A stretch of DNA of 64,000 nucleotides from Podarcis cretensis (lineage: Eukaryota): NCBI GenBank assembly GCA_951804945.1, contig OX638163.1, positions 37,448,001 through 37,512,000 of the forward strand, read 5' to 3'. Numbering within the stretch: position 1 is the stretch's first letter; each line of letters opens with the position of its first letter. Shown here one piece after another: positions 36,397 to 48,842 of the stretch. A model generated the notes under the pieces. That model was not told where the DNA came from, ran no database searches, and saw only the letters and a program-made list of their open reading frames with translations. A program made the position numbers and the translations under genes.

Positions 36397-39142
36397 TGTG
36401 TGTGTTACTTCTGAAAGGTTATGTTTGTTACATGTTGCCCTGAGAATCATCTGTTCAACATATACAAATATCCATCTCCCACAAGGCAGAAGCTCTACTA
36501 CCCTGCATCAGATCTCCAGAGAGTGACATCAGCTAACTTACAACTTTCTTTGCCTGAGTCTGTTCCAAACAGCAAGCTGTTGTATGCATGCACAAGTACT
36601 CACATGATATTGACTCCCCCTATACAGTAGGAACAGAATGTCACCTTCTCCAAGTTCTGAATGTCTTTCTTGTTGGAAAAGTTACAAGTAGATAATGCAT
36701 ATGAAGCACAGTGCATACTTGTAGATGCAACAGAAGTTTTAAACATTTCCACGGTATCCTGAGGCAGGGATAGCCAACACAGTGCCCTCCATATGTTGCT
36801 GGACTACAACTCTCATTATCCTTAATTTGGCTATGCTTGCTGAGGCTGAGAGTTGGCATGCAGCAACATCTGGAGGGCACCAGGTTGGATTCCCCTGCTC
36901 TAAGGTTACCTAACCACACTGAACATGCTGAGATACTACAACAATAAGTGATTGTATTCTTACAACCATCCCTTTAGTAGGGAGATTGCTTGCTGCTATT
37001 ACTACCCGAGAATGTTACATGATGACTATTCACCATGGGAGCCATGTAAGGCACTCACCTCATCAGAGCACTGGCACTGACAACAGGTTTGAACAAGACT
37101 TGGTCCCACATTAATTTCAGTCATTCATTTATTTTCAGCATGGCTAAAAGAACAATTCTAAAACTATTCAGAAGTGAGTCCTATTTAATTAAATGGGTCT
37201 TACTTCCACATAAGTGGACTCTGGATTGCAGTTTTACATTGGATCCACTCCTATGTCATAATGCAGTGTCCAAACTGATGCACTTCAATTTTTAAAAGTT
37301 AACATTTTGGTTCTTACTACATTGGCTCTTCAATTTTGAAAAATGTCTACCTCTGTATATGTGGGGAAAAGTCAGGCATTAACTGTTCAGCCTTTGGCCT
37401 TCAGAATCTGTGAAAGGTATAAAGAAGGTCAAGTTTCAGAACAGGGTTAATTGTGAGAACCTCTTAGTGCTGGAGGATTGACTTCTAAAATGGGATTAGT
37501 AAAGTTTAAGTTGATAGATTGTGTCACCTCATTCCAAAGTAATCTTAGCTTTTGACACTGTCTATGATCACTTGCAGTTTGGGCAAAATGGAGCGGGCAG
37601 ATCTGGGGAATTACAGAGAAAACTAGAACCTTGTAGTCAGAGATTTGTCTGGTTAATTCAAGTCAATATGTGAAATTGCCTCGGTTCCTGTCTCTGCTGC
37701 TCCCTTCTTTAGACTTCCTCCTTCTTCACCTAACCTTCACCCAGGTTTCTGTATCTCAGTCCTTCACTACTCTGCACCCTTACTTCTGCCACGTTACATC
37801 TGAGGTCCTTGACCTTTTCATCAAGGGACTTATTTTCAGACTTATTTTAACAAGCACTTAAAAGCTCCTTCCTTCCTTCCTTCCTTCCTTCAGACTTGTC
37901 TGAGGTTTGCATTCTCTTACAGAATCTGAACTGCAAACCTCCTAACTTTGTTTGCTAAGAATGTTTGTTAACATTTTGTGTCATCACACCTTCTCATCCT
38001 GTAAGTGGATGAGAATGAAGCCAAATGTCTCAGTTAGTTCTATTTTCATTTGTTCCAAATGCCCTACATGTTCAGCATCACTATAGGTACACATAACTCA
38101 AGAGGATCGAGGATTCATGTGTAGGAATAGCAGCTGGTATAGAATGGCAACAATGAGTCCTATATAGTGGCCAGGTTGTAGTGGTAAAGTAGCATTGTAC
38201 AAAAATGGCCTTTTGAAACTCTCCACTGTGTGCGTGGACAAAGAAGTTGAAGGGACCATTTTACCAAATTTATGCAGAAGCATAGAAAATTCTCCAGGCA
38301 TTAATTAGGATTGCGGCTCCCCATTAGCAATGACAAATATATATATATTTCTTTAGGGGGGTTGGGGGGGTGTTATTCAGCAACAGCAACAACTGCATTG
38401 GCATCCCAGTTGCCATTTTGCACCACTTATAAAGCATTGTGGGAGGAAAAATGGTATATGCCACAAAAAAGTGGCAGAGAAAACTCAAAGAAAATTCCGG
38501 GGCAGTGGTAGTGAAAAAAGAAAGAAAAATCTCAGAAATTTTCTTAGAAAAATGCCCTTTGTTCCTCTGTTCCAAAGATCTTGAAGTCTGATTCATGTTA
38601 GTTTGAGTGAAATTTCCCTTTTTCAACCCAACATCTTCAACCTATCCTGAAACAATTGCAGAGGGGCCCCCTTTATAAAAAAGAATATTGTAGTCACGGC
38701 AGAAACTTTGTACCAGGATTGTACGAGCTTGACTTGTGAAACTAATTAGACAAAGAACCTGCTCAAGAGTTTGCGGCAAGTCTGAAGGATGTGTCATATC
38801 AGGCTGAAATGTCGAATGAGGTGGGATCCCTCCCCCTTGTGTGGCTGCTTTTGCTGAGAGAGTGCGAACTGCCAATCTAGCTCAAGCTTGTGGGCTGAGA
38901 GATGGGAGGATGTAGCAAAGTGTCAAAAGCGCAAAAGGCCAGCCATGTACTACTGCACTATGAAAGAAGTTGTTAGCCTAATGAGTTTGCCAAAGTGCCT
39001 AACACTTGGGGGAATTGTCAGCATTTCCATCAATGCTGAATTTAACCTGAAGGCTTCGATCCAGCAGATGAGCGATCTTGTTGGCATCAGCAAATAGACA
39101 GAGAGCCCCACGGCAGCTTAGTGGATAACTAGTCTGTTGTTT

Positions 39143-39180
39143 CATGAGCTTTGGTAGGCAAAAGCCTACTTCATTAGAGG
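39143..39180 (-). ncRNA. Degenerate Penelope-type hammerhead ribozyme remnant (core mutated)
   Basis: Minus strand CTAATGA-A-GTAGGC-TTTT-GCCTAC-CAAA-GCTC-ATG: same layout as 41811-41856 but with substitutions in CUGAUGA and GAAA. Confidence 0.5.
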
Positions 39181-41716
39181 CACAGAGTGGGCTGGAAGGT
39201 GTTAGCTATACATATTGTAGAACTAACAATATGCAGTGAATTAGTTCTAATGGGGAAGATATACTATGTTACTTAAATATAATCCCCATTTGCTAGAATA
39301 GGTAGATTACTATTTCTGTATCCACATTTGGCTGTATGTCCACATTTGGGCAATGCCCACACTCAGGCAATTATGGGTTGGAACAGCTGTGACCCTCTAG
39401 ATGTTGCTGAGCTACAACTTGCAGTATCCCTGTCTAGGAATGGACAAAAGTGCCAGTTTTGTTTTTCTGTTTCTCTCTTATTATTTCCAACTTTAAATGT
39501 CAGCTGAAAGCTTTTTTAAAATTATTTTTTATTAATTTTTTATTAATAACAATCCAATGGAGGCCACATTCATACTATGCCAAATCATGCCAAATCACAA
39601 TACAACCAAAAGAGCCAATTAAACAGTTCTGAATTAAACATTTTTGGATGACTTCCCATGTCCCAGCTATCAGGAGTTCATATTATTCCTTGATCCTGCA
39701 CCAATTCTCTTAATTAGTCCAAGTTCCACAATTCCGATCTTAATCCTTTGTTTTAGCAGCCACAGATGTGATGACTTTCAATCGTGTTTAATAAATCCAA
39801 ATCCATTAACTTGCAGATGGAATTTATATCCTGTAGCTGTGTGGAATATTTGTTTACCTTCTTCTTTTCCTTCATGTTGTAATCAGTCAATTTTCTTCAA
39901 CATTGCTCCTCCTTCGAAAACTCATGTGTAGGTAAGCCACAGCTCCATTTTGCCTCTCTGAAACCAAAAGCAATCCAGCATCTGGCCATGACTTCTGATT
40001 AACTTCCAGTGTTTATCTCCTTGCTTCTTCAAACAAGCTGGCATCTCACAAAAACCGTAATAAAGCAGAACTAGGGCTCTCTTTTTTTGGCAATGTTACA
40101 AATAATCACAGTATTTCACACAGTCTATTCTTTTAAGCACTCCGTAAAGAGAATTATAAGTTCTTGTTAAATCTCTCTTGCATTCCATATATAGTTGTAA
40201 TCCATTAGTAATTTCATTCCATTAATAATTGATTCTTTTTCAGTGAAGGCTTGCCAATCTCCAGATCAAAAGCTTGGCACTCAGTGGCTGATTCATTTCA
40301 CAGGTTATCTTTTTCCTTCTTCCAAAACACGTGTGTTTCTTAAGTCCAAATTCAGATACATCTTAAAAGAAACAGAATTACCTCCGCTCATGGCGACTGC
40401 ATGGGGGAGTTTCTAATACGTGCAGTGCTGTGCACTCTGTGCCCCTGCCCCCGCACTCCATTGGAGCGAGAAGCAGTTATCGGATGATCCACAAGAGAAA
40501 GCTCTTCCCCCCAATCCTGGGAGGGGGCTTGCAAGGATAATTACTCCCAAATTATCCTTAATAATCTGCACAGCTGGCATCCGCTGCCATGCGATTGGCA
40601 GGTTGCCATGGCGGCTGTGCCAAAAGTCAAAAACTTTTCTATTCCACCAGACCTTTGCAGGCATCTTTAAGAGTGCATCATTCTACAGTAGTAAATTGAT
40701 GTCTGGTTTTAATAATTATCTTTTATGGTTTTTATTGTATGTTTTTATGTATTATTTAAAAAGCTTTGATTTTTGCGTGTGTGTGCACACTCACACGCAC
40801 ACACATATTCTAAATAGATAAATAAACTTTTAAATCCTCATGAAAATTCCTCCACAATTTAGGGTGAATTTATTCAAAAATACATGTGTTTATCTGTAGT
40901 TTTTACTGTTATATAGATTTTTGGATGGCATTTTCACTAATGTATGTATTTTATGCACACTTTCCGCCATTGGGCTTCATTTTCCCATGCATTGTATGGT
41001 TGGGCAATTGTACTACAATATTTGGATGCAAATTTCAAAATAGAATTGTATTTTGGTTTGCATATTGGTTGGAGACATGTAAATTGGGTAGTTTCTTATT
41101 AAATGAAAACAATATCAGTTCCCCTCACCTCTATCCCTATTTCTGAGAATTGGGTGCAATGGCTGGAGCTGAAGGTCGCTGCAGTGCAACAACATCTAGA
41201 TTACCATAAGCCTACCCACCCAATTTATTTGGAACAACTAACATATTGCAAAATTGGGAGCTGGCTTTCAAGATTGAGGGAATTAAAAAAGTAAAATTGC
41301 CTCTCTTAATTTTTTTAGGATCTTACACTATTTGTTTATTTATTTAGTTCACAAAATGTACACGCTGCTTAATACCAAAACAAAAGATTCAAAACAATTC
41401 ACGGAAGATAAAGCAGTAAAACCATGAAAAATTCAAAACCACACTTTAAAAAACATAAATGTTAAAATACTAAAACACATTAGAATTGCCTAAACTTTCT
41501 AAGCAATGTTTTTAGCAGGTGCTGATAAGAGTGCACTGAAGTCACCTCCTTGATCTCAAGAGGAATGATGTTCCAAAGTGCAGGTGCTGCCACACTAATC
41601 AATAATGTTCTTGGCAAGTGTGGTATTATGCGGTAATTGGTAGTAAAATCTGACATTTGAAGTACTTGGGTGGGCACTTGTGGGGTAAGGTGATCTTGTG
41701 GGTAAACTGGCCCCAA

Positions 41717-41852
41717 GTTCCAGTTACAGATAGGTAGCCGTGTTGGTCTGCCATAGTCAAAACAAAAAAAATTCCTTCCAGTAGCACCTTAAAGACCAAC
41801 TAAGTTAGTTCTTGGTATGAGCTTTCGTGTGCATGCACACTTCTTCAGATAC
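41717..41852 (-). mobile_element. Penelope-like element terminal-repeat fragment
   Basis: GTAGCCGTGTTGGTCTG...GTAGCACCTTAAAGACCAAC...ATGAGCTTTCGTGTG...CTTCTTCAGATAC, typical of vertebrate PLE pseudo-LTRs; contains a hammerhead core. Confidence 0.8.
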
Positions 41853-41856
41853 CAAG
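41811..41856 (-). ncRNA. Minimal type I hammerhead ribozyme
   Basis: Minus strand CUUGGUAU-CUGAAGA-A-GUGUGCAUGCACAC-GAAA-GC-UC-AUACCAAG: 8-bp stem I, intact CUGANGA and GAAA cores, palindromic stem II, palindromic AGCU in place of stem III, CUC cleavage triplet. Confidence 0.82.
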
Positions 41857-42819
41857 TTGTTAAGGGCCCCAAGTTGTTAAGGGCTTTCTATGCTAGGGTT
41901 GCCAAATTTTTTTTAAAAAAGTGCAAGTGAAATGCAGGAGGATGTCCTGTTGCTAGTGTTGAAGTAAGATTCAACTGCCAGTGGGCCTCAACCAACAAAA
42001 TGTCTCCTGCTTAGTTCCCAGAGTTCTATTTTATACAAATAAACTATACAATTAGATCAGGCTCCCTGCTGTAGATGTTTGCCCTTTTTGGGGAGGAGGT
42101 AATTATGGATGGATGGATGTGTCAATTTCTCTCAATTTCTCATTTTTCCATTTTTAGTTCTCCACTTTCCCACACCAGTTTGCAATTTTAAAAAAGGTCC
42201 TCATGAAAAAAAGGTCCTCATGAAAATTCACCCACATTCTAGTGGAGATTTCTCCTGGTATGAACATTTTTGCATGTAATTTTGCCTAATGTACACATTT
42301 GTGCAAAGCTATGTTTTGTAATATACTGCTTTTTTGAGTGGTTTCTCCCGCCCCCCACTAAAATGTGCATATTTATTCATACTGCACCTCCTTATATGCA
42401 TGTTTCTACACGTTACTTTGCTGAAGAAGTGCATCAAGAAATTTCAAGAAGTGAGAGTTTTGAAGGGTTGCAACTTCTGGGTTTGTGTGTTGTTTTGGAA
42501 AGTGCAAATTAGGTAAACTCAGGTTTAGAGGCAAACTATATTCTCCATCCCAAATGGTGATTGGGGAAGAATTAGTGTGTTCAATACCCTGTGTGTTGAT
42601 TTAAGCCAGAAGATGAAAATCAAGGAAAGTTCTCCAGTTCCAAGGAATGGAAATATTTTCATAAACATTCCTCTGAGAATTTGCATCCAAGAGGAAATTA
42701 ATTAGGAGGATGATGGTGATCATGGTTTTTACTGAACCACAAAATTGCCCCAGCACTTGTTCTCCTCCTTTTCCCCCTAGCATTAGCTCTTTATGTTTGG
42801 CATCTCCTAATTAATTGTG

Positions 42820-43183
42820 GGGACGCAGGTGGCGCTGTGGGTTAAAGCCTCAGCGCCTAGGGCTTGCCGGTCAAAAGGTCGGCGGTTCGAATCCCTGCGG
42901 CGGGGTGCGCTCCCGCTGCTCGGTCCCAGCGCCTGCCAACCTAGTAGTTCGAAAGCACCCCCGGGTACAAGTAGATAAATAGGGACCGCTTACCAGCGGG
43001 AAGGTAAACAGCGTTTCCGTGTGCGGCTCTGGCTCGCCAGAGCAGCGATGTCACGTTGGCCACGTGACCCGGAAGTGTCTCCAAACAGCGCTGGCCCCTG
43101 GCCTCTTAAGTGAGATGGGCGCACAACCCCAGAGTCTGTCAAGACTGGCCCGTACGGGCAGGGGTACCTTTACCTTTTACCTT
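42820..43183 (+). mobile_element. Sauria SINE, full length
   Basis: GGGACGCAGGTGGCGC start, A and B boxes, ACCTTT tail, perfect 12-bp TSD TAATTAATTGTG (42808-42819, 43184-43195). Confidence 0.95.
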
Positions 43184-44848
43184 TAATTAATTGTGTAACA
43201 AATGAGTAGCTGTATGGCTTCAACAATGTCCAGAGAGCTGTGCTTTATTTCATTGTAGATCAAAAATAACTGCCCCTTATCAATAACTGTGTTTGCCAGA
43301 TTATTCGGAGCACTGTTCTGCTTCCTATGAATTCATTTCCTTTCCTTTCCCCTGATTACTTATTTCAGTTTGATTATTGTACCAAAATTATTTAATTGTT
43401 ACACTGCAACCAGCAGATAGGTTACCTCTACCATTCACAGTCACTCTGCCTTTTCACATTGTCCATTTTGGGGGATGATGAAAAATTCAGGCAGAGGAAC
43501 AGCCCTTCAAGTGCTGCAAACCTCATTATCATCACACAATATCCCTTCTAACATTTCTGAAGTGTCAGTTATCCATGCTGCATCTCCTGTCCAAGTTTCC
43601 TATTAGGTCTTTGAGTTTTTCTCATTCTGTGCATGTTTCCTTCCTATATGTTAAACCTGAAGCCTTGCTTAGCCTAGCGGACCTTCTCTGGGTGAAAAGG
43701 GAAATAACATTTCAAAAAAAGCTGTAGTAGGTTTCTTAATTTATGGCATCAGACTGGTTTCTTTCAGCATTTTTGCAATTTGTTTGAAAGATGCACATTC
43801 CATTAAGTCAAACACTGGGTCAGCCATACATCTTGCCCTCCTACCACTCCTCCTTCTCTTGCATTGCAAGGACAAGTGGGTGCCACCACTTATTAGCAGG
43901 TGACCTACCTTTCCAAAGGTTTTGAAGGATCCATGTATGTCCACCTCTTTAAATAAGGCAGGGGAACCTCAAACACAGGGGCTGAGTATGACTCTCCAGA
44001 GATAATTTACGTTTTTCTGCTGACTGTTGTGTGGATCTACTTACAGTAGAAAGATGTCATGTCCACTGCTCTGCTCACTTCCTCTGCCTCACCTACTACT
44101 GGGATGTGGCCCCCAGAAGATTCTCCATGAGGGAATGTGGCCCTTTTGCAAAAAAAAAAGTTCCCCACCCCTGCTTTAGATCTTTGCCCTTCACTGTTTA
44201 TTTATTATTCAGAAGTATTGCAAGCCCCTGCGTAAATAACCTCTGCCACACAGCTATTAAAAGTGTCAGAGCTCTACCTTCTTTTACATCAGGCCACCCT
44301 CATCTGAACACTTGAGAGAGGTATCAGTGATATTACGGGTATTAGCTTCCCATCTGAAGAGCTGGGAAAATGCCCCCCCCCATTTATCTATTTCTGGAGG
44401 GGTGGAATGTACATTTGCATTAAACATGATGACCCTTGTCTTCTACCATTAGGCAGAATGAGGCAGCTGCCCCAGGTGGCAGATGCTGAAGGGCAGGTGG
44501 TGGCAGTGAGGTGCTGAAGGACAAATCTGTGTGGGCCATGTGGTCTGCTCTGTGCCTACTTAAGCTATCCTGCTTCTCTCACTTTCAATGGAGAAATATG
44601 GTTTACTGTCAGTGTTGAAATAAGATTCAACTTCCAGTGCAGCTGGCTTCTGTATGTGAAATAAGGGGAGAGGGAACCATGTTTCCCTTTGCTTCAGGTA
44701 GCAAACTGTATTGAGCCAGCTCTAGCCTTATTACTTCTCCTGCTACTGCCATTCATGTTGAAGGTGGTGGCAGAAGGAACAGCTGCAATGCACTCCTCCA
44801 AGTGAGTACTGTAGTTGGAGCAGGTTGCAGTGGGGCAAGGACAAGCAA

Positions 44849-44996
44849 NNNNNNNNNNNNNNNNNNNNNNNNNNNNNNNNNNNNNNNNNNNNNNNNNNNN
44901 NNNNNNNNNNNNNNNNNNNNNNNNNNNNNNNNNNNNNNNNNNNNNNNNNNNNNNNNNNNNNNNNNNNNNNNNNNNNNNNNNNNNNNNNNNNNNNNN
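44849..44996. other. Assembly gap (148 N)
   Basis: Run of N. Confidence 1.
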
Positions 44997-47900
44997 TTTG
45001 GCCCTCTAGGCAATATAGTTGCTGACCAGGGTTTGAGGGTCACATTGCAGACAATTCAGACTTCCAGATATGCAAAAGACCAAATCAAAAGTTTGGGCTT
45101 AGATGCTCAGTCTCCCAGCCATTCACATTCAGCAGACTGGCAATTTATAAATATTTAAGGTGCACATTTTTAGGCTAGTTGAACTTCATGGCTACACATT
45201 TACAGCCTGTGAAAAATCAATATCTTAACATTTGCATTTCAAATGTGTGAGATCTGAGAATTACTGGGCTGGCACCCCTGACCTTTACGTTGGGCCAGGA
45301 AAGTAGCTAAGCATGTTTAGGCCTATCTTAGGACGGTGGTGGTGATTTGTGTGTAAAACTTGCATTGAAAGTAGCAAAGGCTTCTTTTCTAACCTTCCCC
45401 ATTCCTCTAAAATCTGACACAAACTATTATGAACCCATGAATCTGCCTTCATGTAAGAATGGGAAAGCTGTGGCTTTCTATATGTTCTTGAACCAGAACT
45501 CCCAAGAGCCCCCACTTTGGCCATACTCCCTAAGGCTGATGGGAGTTGGAGTCCAATAACAGGTGGAGTGTCAAAGGTTCTCCACCCATGATCTAGAACA
45601 CTGTCTACTGTGACAGAGTCCTGTGTCTGCTTTCTCTCCAGGGTCTCAAGCACACGTCCTACTTCTTGAACTGGACATTCAAATTATTGGGCCATGAAAA
45701 GCATATGCCTTATGAGTGAGCTGCAGCTCATCCCAGAATACTGCTGGGATTAATTTTCATTGTGTTATCAAATGCTTCATTATGGCATTTGAAGGTGTTT
45801 CTAGTCGCTTTCTCCAAAATGACTTCTGAGTGGTGACTTCTGAAGTAGATGCGTAAGTCAGCTGTCAGTAATGGCTTTCTTTTTCTTTTCTTTTTCAGTA
45901 TCAGAGTGTATTTAATCTCACAACGGAGCTGGTTATACTTGCACAGTAGCTGTAATTCAAATGCATTAAGAAGCATTTATTCTGTGTATAAGCAATTATG
46001 TTGGGATGGAAGGGAAGCTAATAGATTCTAGTGAGCATGTGAAGCTAGCTTTGGAAAGAATGGGGCTCCTGTAATAGGGTATGTTGAATTTTTGGCATTA
46101 CCTGAAATTTTTCAGAAGGTAAAATTAAAATTCTTTGGTTTTCTGAAAGCAGATAAGTCCCTCTTCATCAAATGTGGGCTTACCAAGCTAAATGTTATCC
46201 AGTCATGAAAAATAATAGCAGATCTGAATTCTTCATTTCCAAAAACCTATTTTTAAGACCCCTTACTGAAGAAATTTGCAAAAAGGAAAAGAAAAAGAGG
46301 TTTTGTCACCTAAAATGTCCCTCTTATTCATGTAGGTTTAATAACTGTGTAGAAGAGGACATTTCAACAGGTATAACATAACAACCTGCTGAAATCCTCT
46401 CAAATAGGGAAAGCTACTGAAGGTGCAAATGTAGGAGATCTGTTCACTTCTGCATCTGGGGATCTCATATGAAGCTGCCTTGCTGTCACAATCTTCCCTA
46501 ACCAGGACCCTGAGGAGACTTCCTTTCTCTTTGAAGAAAAGATGAGGGCCTGTTGCCCAGAAAACTGTGGACAACAAAGAACCTGCTGTAGCCCTAAAAC
46601 AGACTTATGCTTATCTTGCCTGTGGTCATCCCTCCACCTAAATCCCAAACTTTGCCTCACTTGCTGATTCTCCCACCTAATCACCTCTCTCTCAAGAATG
46701 GAGGCCACACTGGAGCCTATGGAAGGCCCAGAACTGGCATAAGAGCATTTATTTCTTTTTCAGGATGTTTTATGGGTGGGCAGAAGTCTCCTCGGGAGGA
46801 AGGGTCTCCTCAGGAGGAGGGAGAAGCCCAGAGACAATCCATCTGTGAACAATGACCTAGGGGATTATTTATTTATTTATTTGTATACCACTCTTCATCA
46901 GGACCAGATCTTAGGGTGGTTCACAACATAAGAATACAAGATGAAAAATACAAAATACATAATAAAAACAAGAACAACAAAAACAAATAATGCTTCCCCT
47001 CAAGCCTGGGGATTCAGATCAACTGAGATTCAAGGGCTTCACAGGTCATGAGAGGGTCCCCCCCAATCGTGGGCCTCCAAATGTGGACCTCCCTCCCCAG
47101 AGTAAATGTCTCTTTTCAGCTCTCATCAGTTGCTGAAGATGGATGTCTTTACCCAGGCCTTTGAGAGCTACAAAACTGATTTTGATATCCTTGAAATGCA
47201 TTGCCTGGGGTGATTTTTATGGGTGGGATTGCTGTTTAGTGCTGCTTTAATTGCTTAGTGTTTTATATACTGTAATCCACCCTGGGACATTCTAATGAAG
47301 GGTGGGTAAGAAATATAATAGGAAGTAAAAACATTGCATGCTACAGATTTTGTAAACATTTTATTATTGATTCTCTATAGTTTTATAATGTATTGTGACC
47401 TGCCCTGAGATCATTCTGACAATGAAGGGCAATGTATAAATTCTGAAATAAATTGAATAAACAAATACAAAGGGATCCATGCATCCTTAAAGAGTTATTC
47501 TTCATCAACTCCATTTCAGTGTCCTGTTCAACAAAGCTGCAACAATTTGGTCCTCAATAAACTGCCATCTTCTACGGCAAGAGATTTATGGACATATGTA
47601 TATATTTTTTGGCAAAATGAATATATAAATATTCATTTAATTAAAATGAATGAGGTAAAACTGATTCACAAAACAGTTCCTTGTAATGAAATTTCAGGCT
47701 GTGTAGTGCAGTTTGATTGATGACTTACGGCCAGAAAAGTAGTAATTTAATCCACCTTTCTTTTCATTAATTCATTATATCCATGAGATTCATTAGTGGT
47801 CCCATTAAATGAAGTACCAAAAAAGAAAGAAAGGAAAAACAAGCATCAGCTGAAGTATTTTTAACCTGTTCTTCTTAGGAAAATGGCAAATAAGGAATGT

Positions 47901-48090
47901 TTATTGCTCAGTACTGAAATGGTAGGACAAGGGATCAGTCCCCTGCAGATATTCAAAAGAACATATGAGGGCTCAAACTAGATAGGATGCATGGAAGCAC
48001 ATGTGCAAGCCCCACCCTCAGTGTCCCCCTGTATACCAGCCCTGCCCTTCCTTCCCCTGTCCTTTGCATTTTGAGTGTGAAAGAAAATTA

Positions 48091-48338
48091 CAGTTGTACC
48101 TTGGAAGTCAAACGAAATCCATTCTAGAAGTCCGTTCATCTTCCAAATCATTCAAAAACCAAATTGCAGCTTCTGATTGGCTGCAGGAAGCTCTTGCAGC
48201 CAATCAGAAGCTGTGGAAGCCCCATCGGATGGTCGGGTTCCAAAAGAAAGAACGTTTGCAAACCGGAACAATCATTTCCAAGTAGGCAGCATTCGTGAGC
48301 CAAAACGTCTGAGTTCCAGGGTGTTCAGGATCCAGCTG
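48091..48338. mobile_element. Older Tc1/mariner-pogo MITE
   Basis: TA-CAGTTGTACCTTGG ... CAGCTG-TA ends; central palindrome GCTTCTGATTGGCTGCA...TGCAGCCAATCAGAAGC. Confidence 0.7.
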
Positions 48339-48842
48339 TATTATCATGTTCAAATTAATCTTCCATCAGATCTCCATGCTCACAGGTCAAGACAGGGGGG
48401 GAACAGAGCCAATGTAGGCTTTCTCACATCCCTTACATACTTGCATGGCCTTCTGAATGTTTAAAGAACGTTCTTATTGGTACAACATTGTGGAAACCAT
48501 AGAACAGATTTTTACTATTTGGGGCACCCAATTTACCAAATATGTTCAAGTGTCTGTGGTCAAATATTAAACACTGAAATGAAATACCATTGGGTGCCTA
48601 ATATAGATATTCACTCCACACTGACACCATGCATTTAAAGCACTATTATACCACTGAAACAGTCATGGCTTCCCCAAAAGAATTGTGGAAACTGTAGCTT
48701 GTTAAGGGTGCTGAGTGTAATTAGGAGGCCCACAATTCCTCTCACATTTTTGGGAGTGGTTTAACTATCCATTCCTCTTGCCAGTAAACTCTTGAAATTG
48801 ATGGCGTGAACTCATGGTGGTTTTGTGTTACTATTAGTATTA

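Larger units (their letters stand above)
41330..41890 (-). mobile_element. Old L2 LINE 3' fragment, interrupted by a Penelope fragment
   Basis: ORF 41480-41716 GPVYPQDHLTPQVPTQVLQ...SVAAPALWNIIPLEIKE resembles the L2 ORF2 C-terminus; (TAAA)-type tail. Confidence 0.7.

Noticed and set aside
36165-36526. Antisense ORFs in the L1 5' UTRs as an ORF0 analogue (also 1308-1611)
   Set aside because: The peptides are not conserved between the two L1 copies; such ORFs are expected by chance in GC-rich DNA.
44753-45158. ORFs spanning N runs (also 54548-54783)
   Set aside because: Artefacts of assembly gaps.
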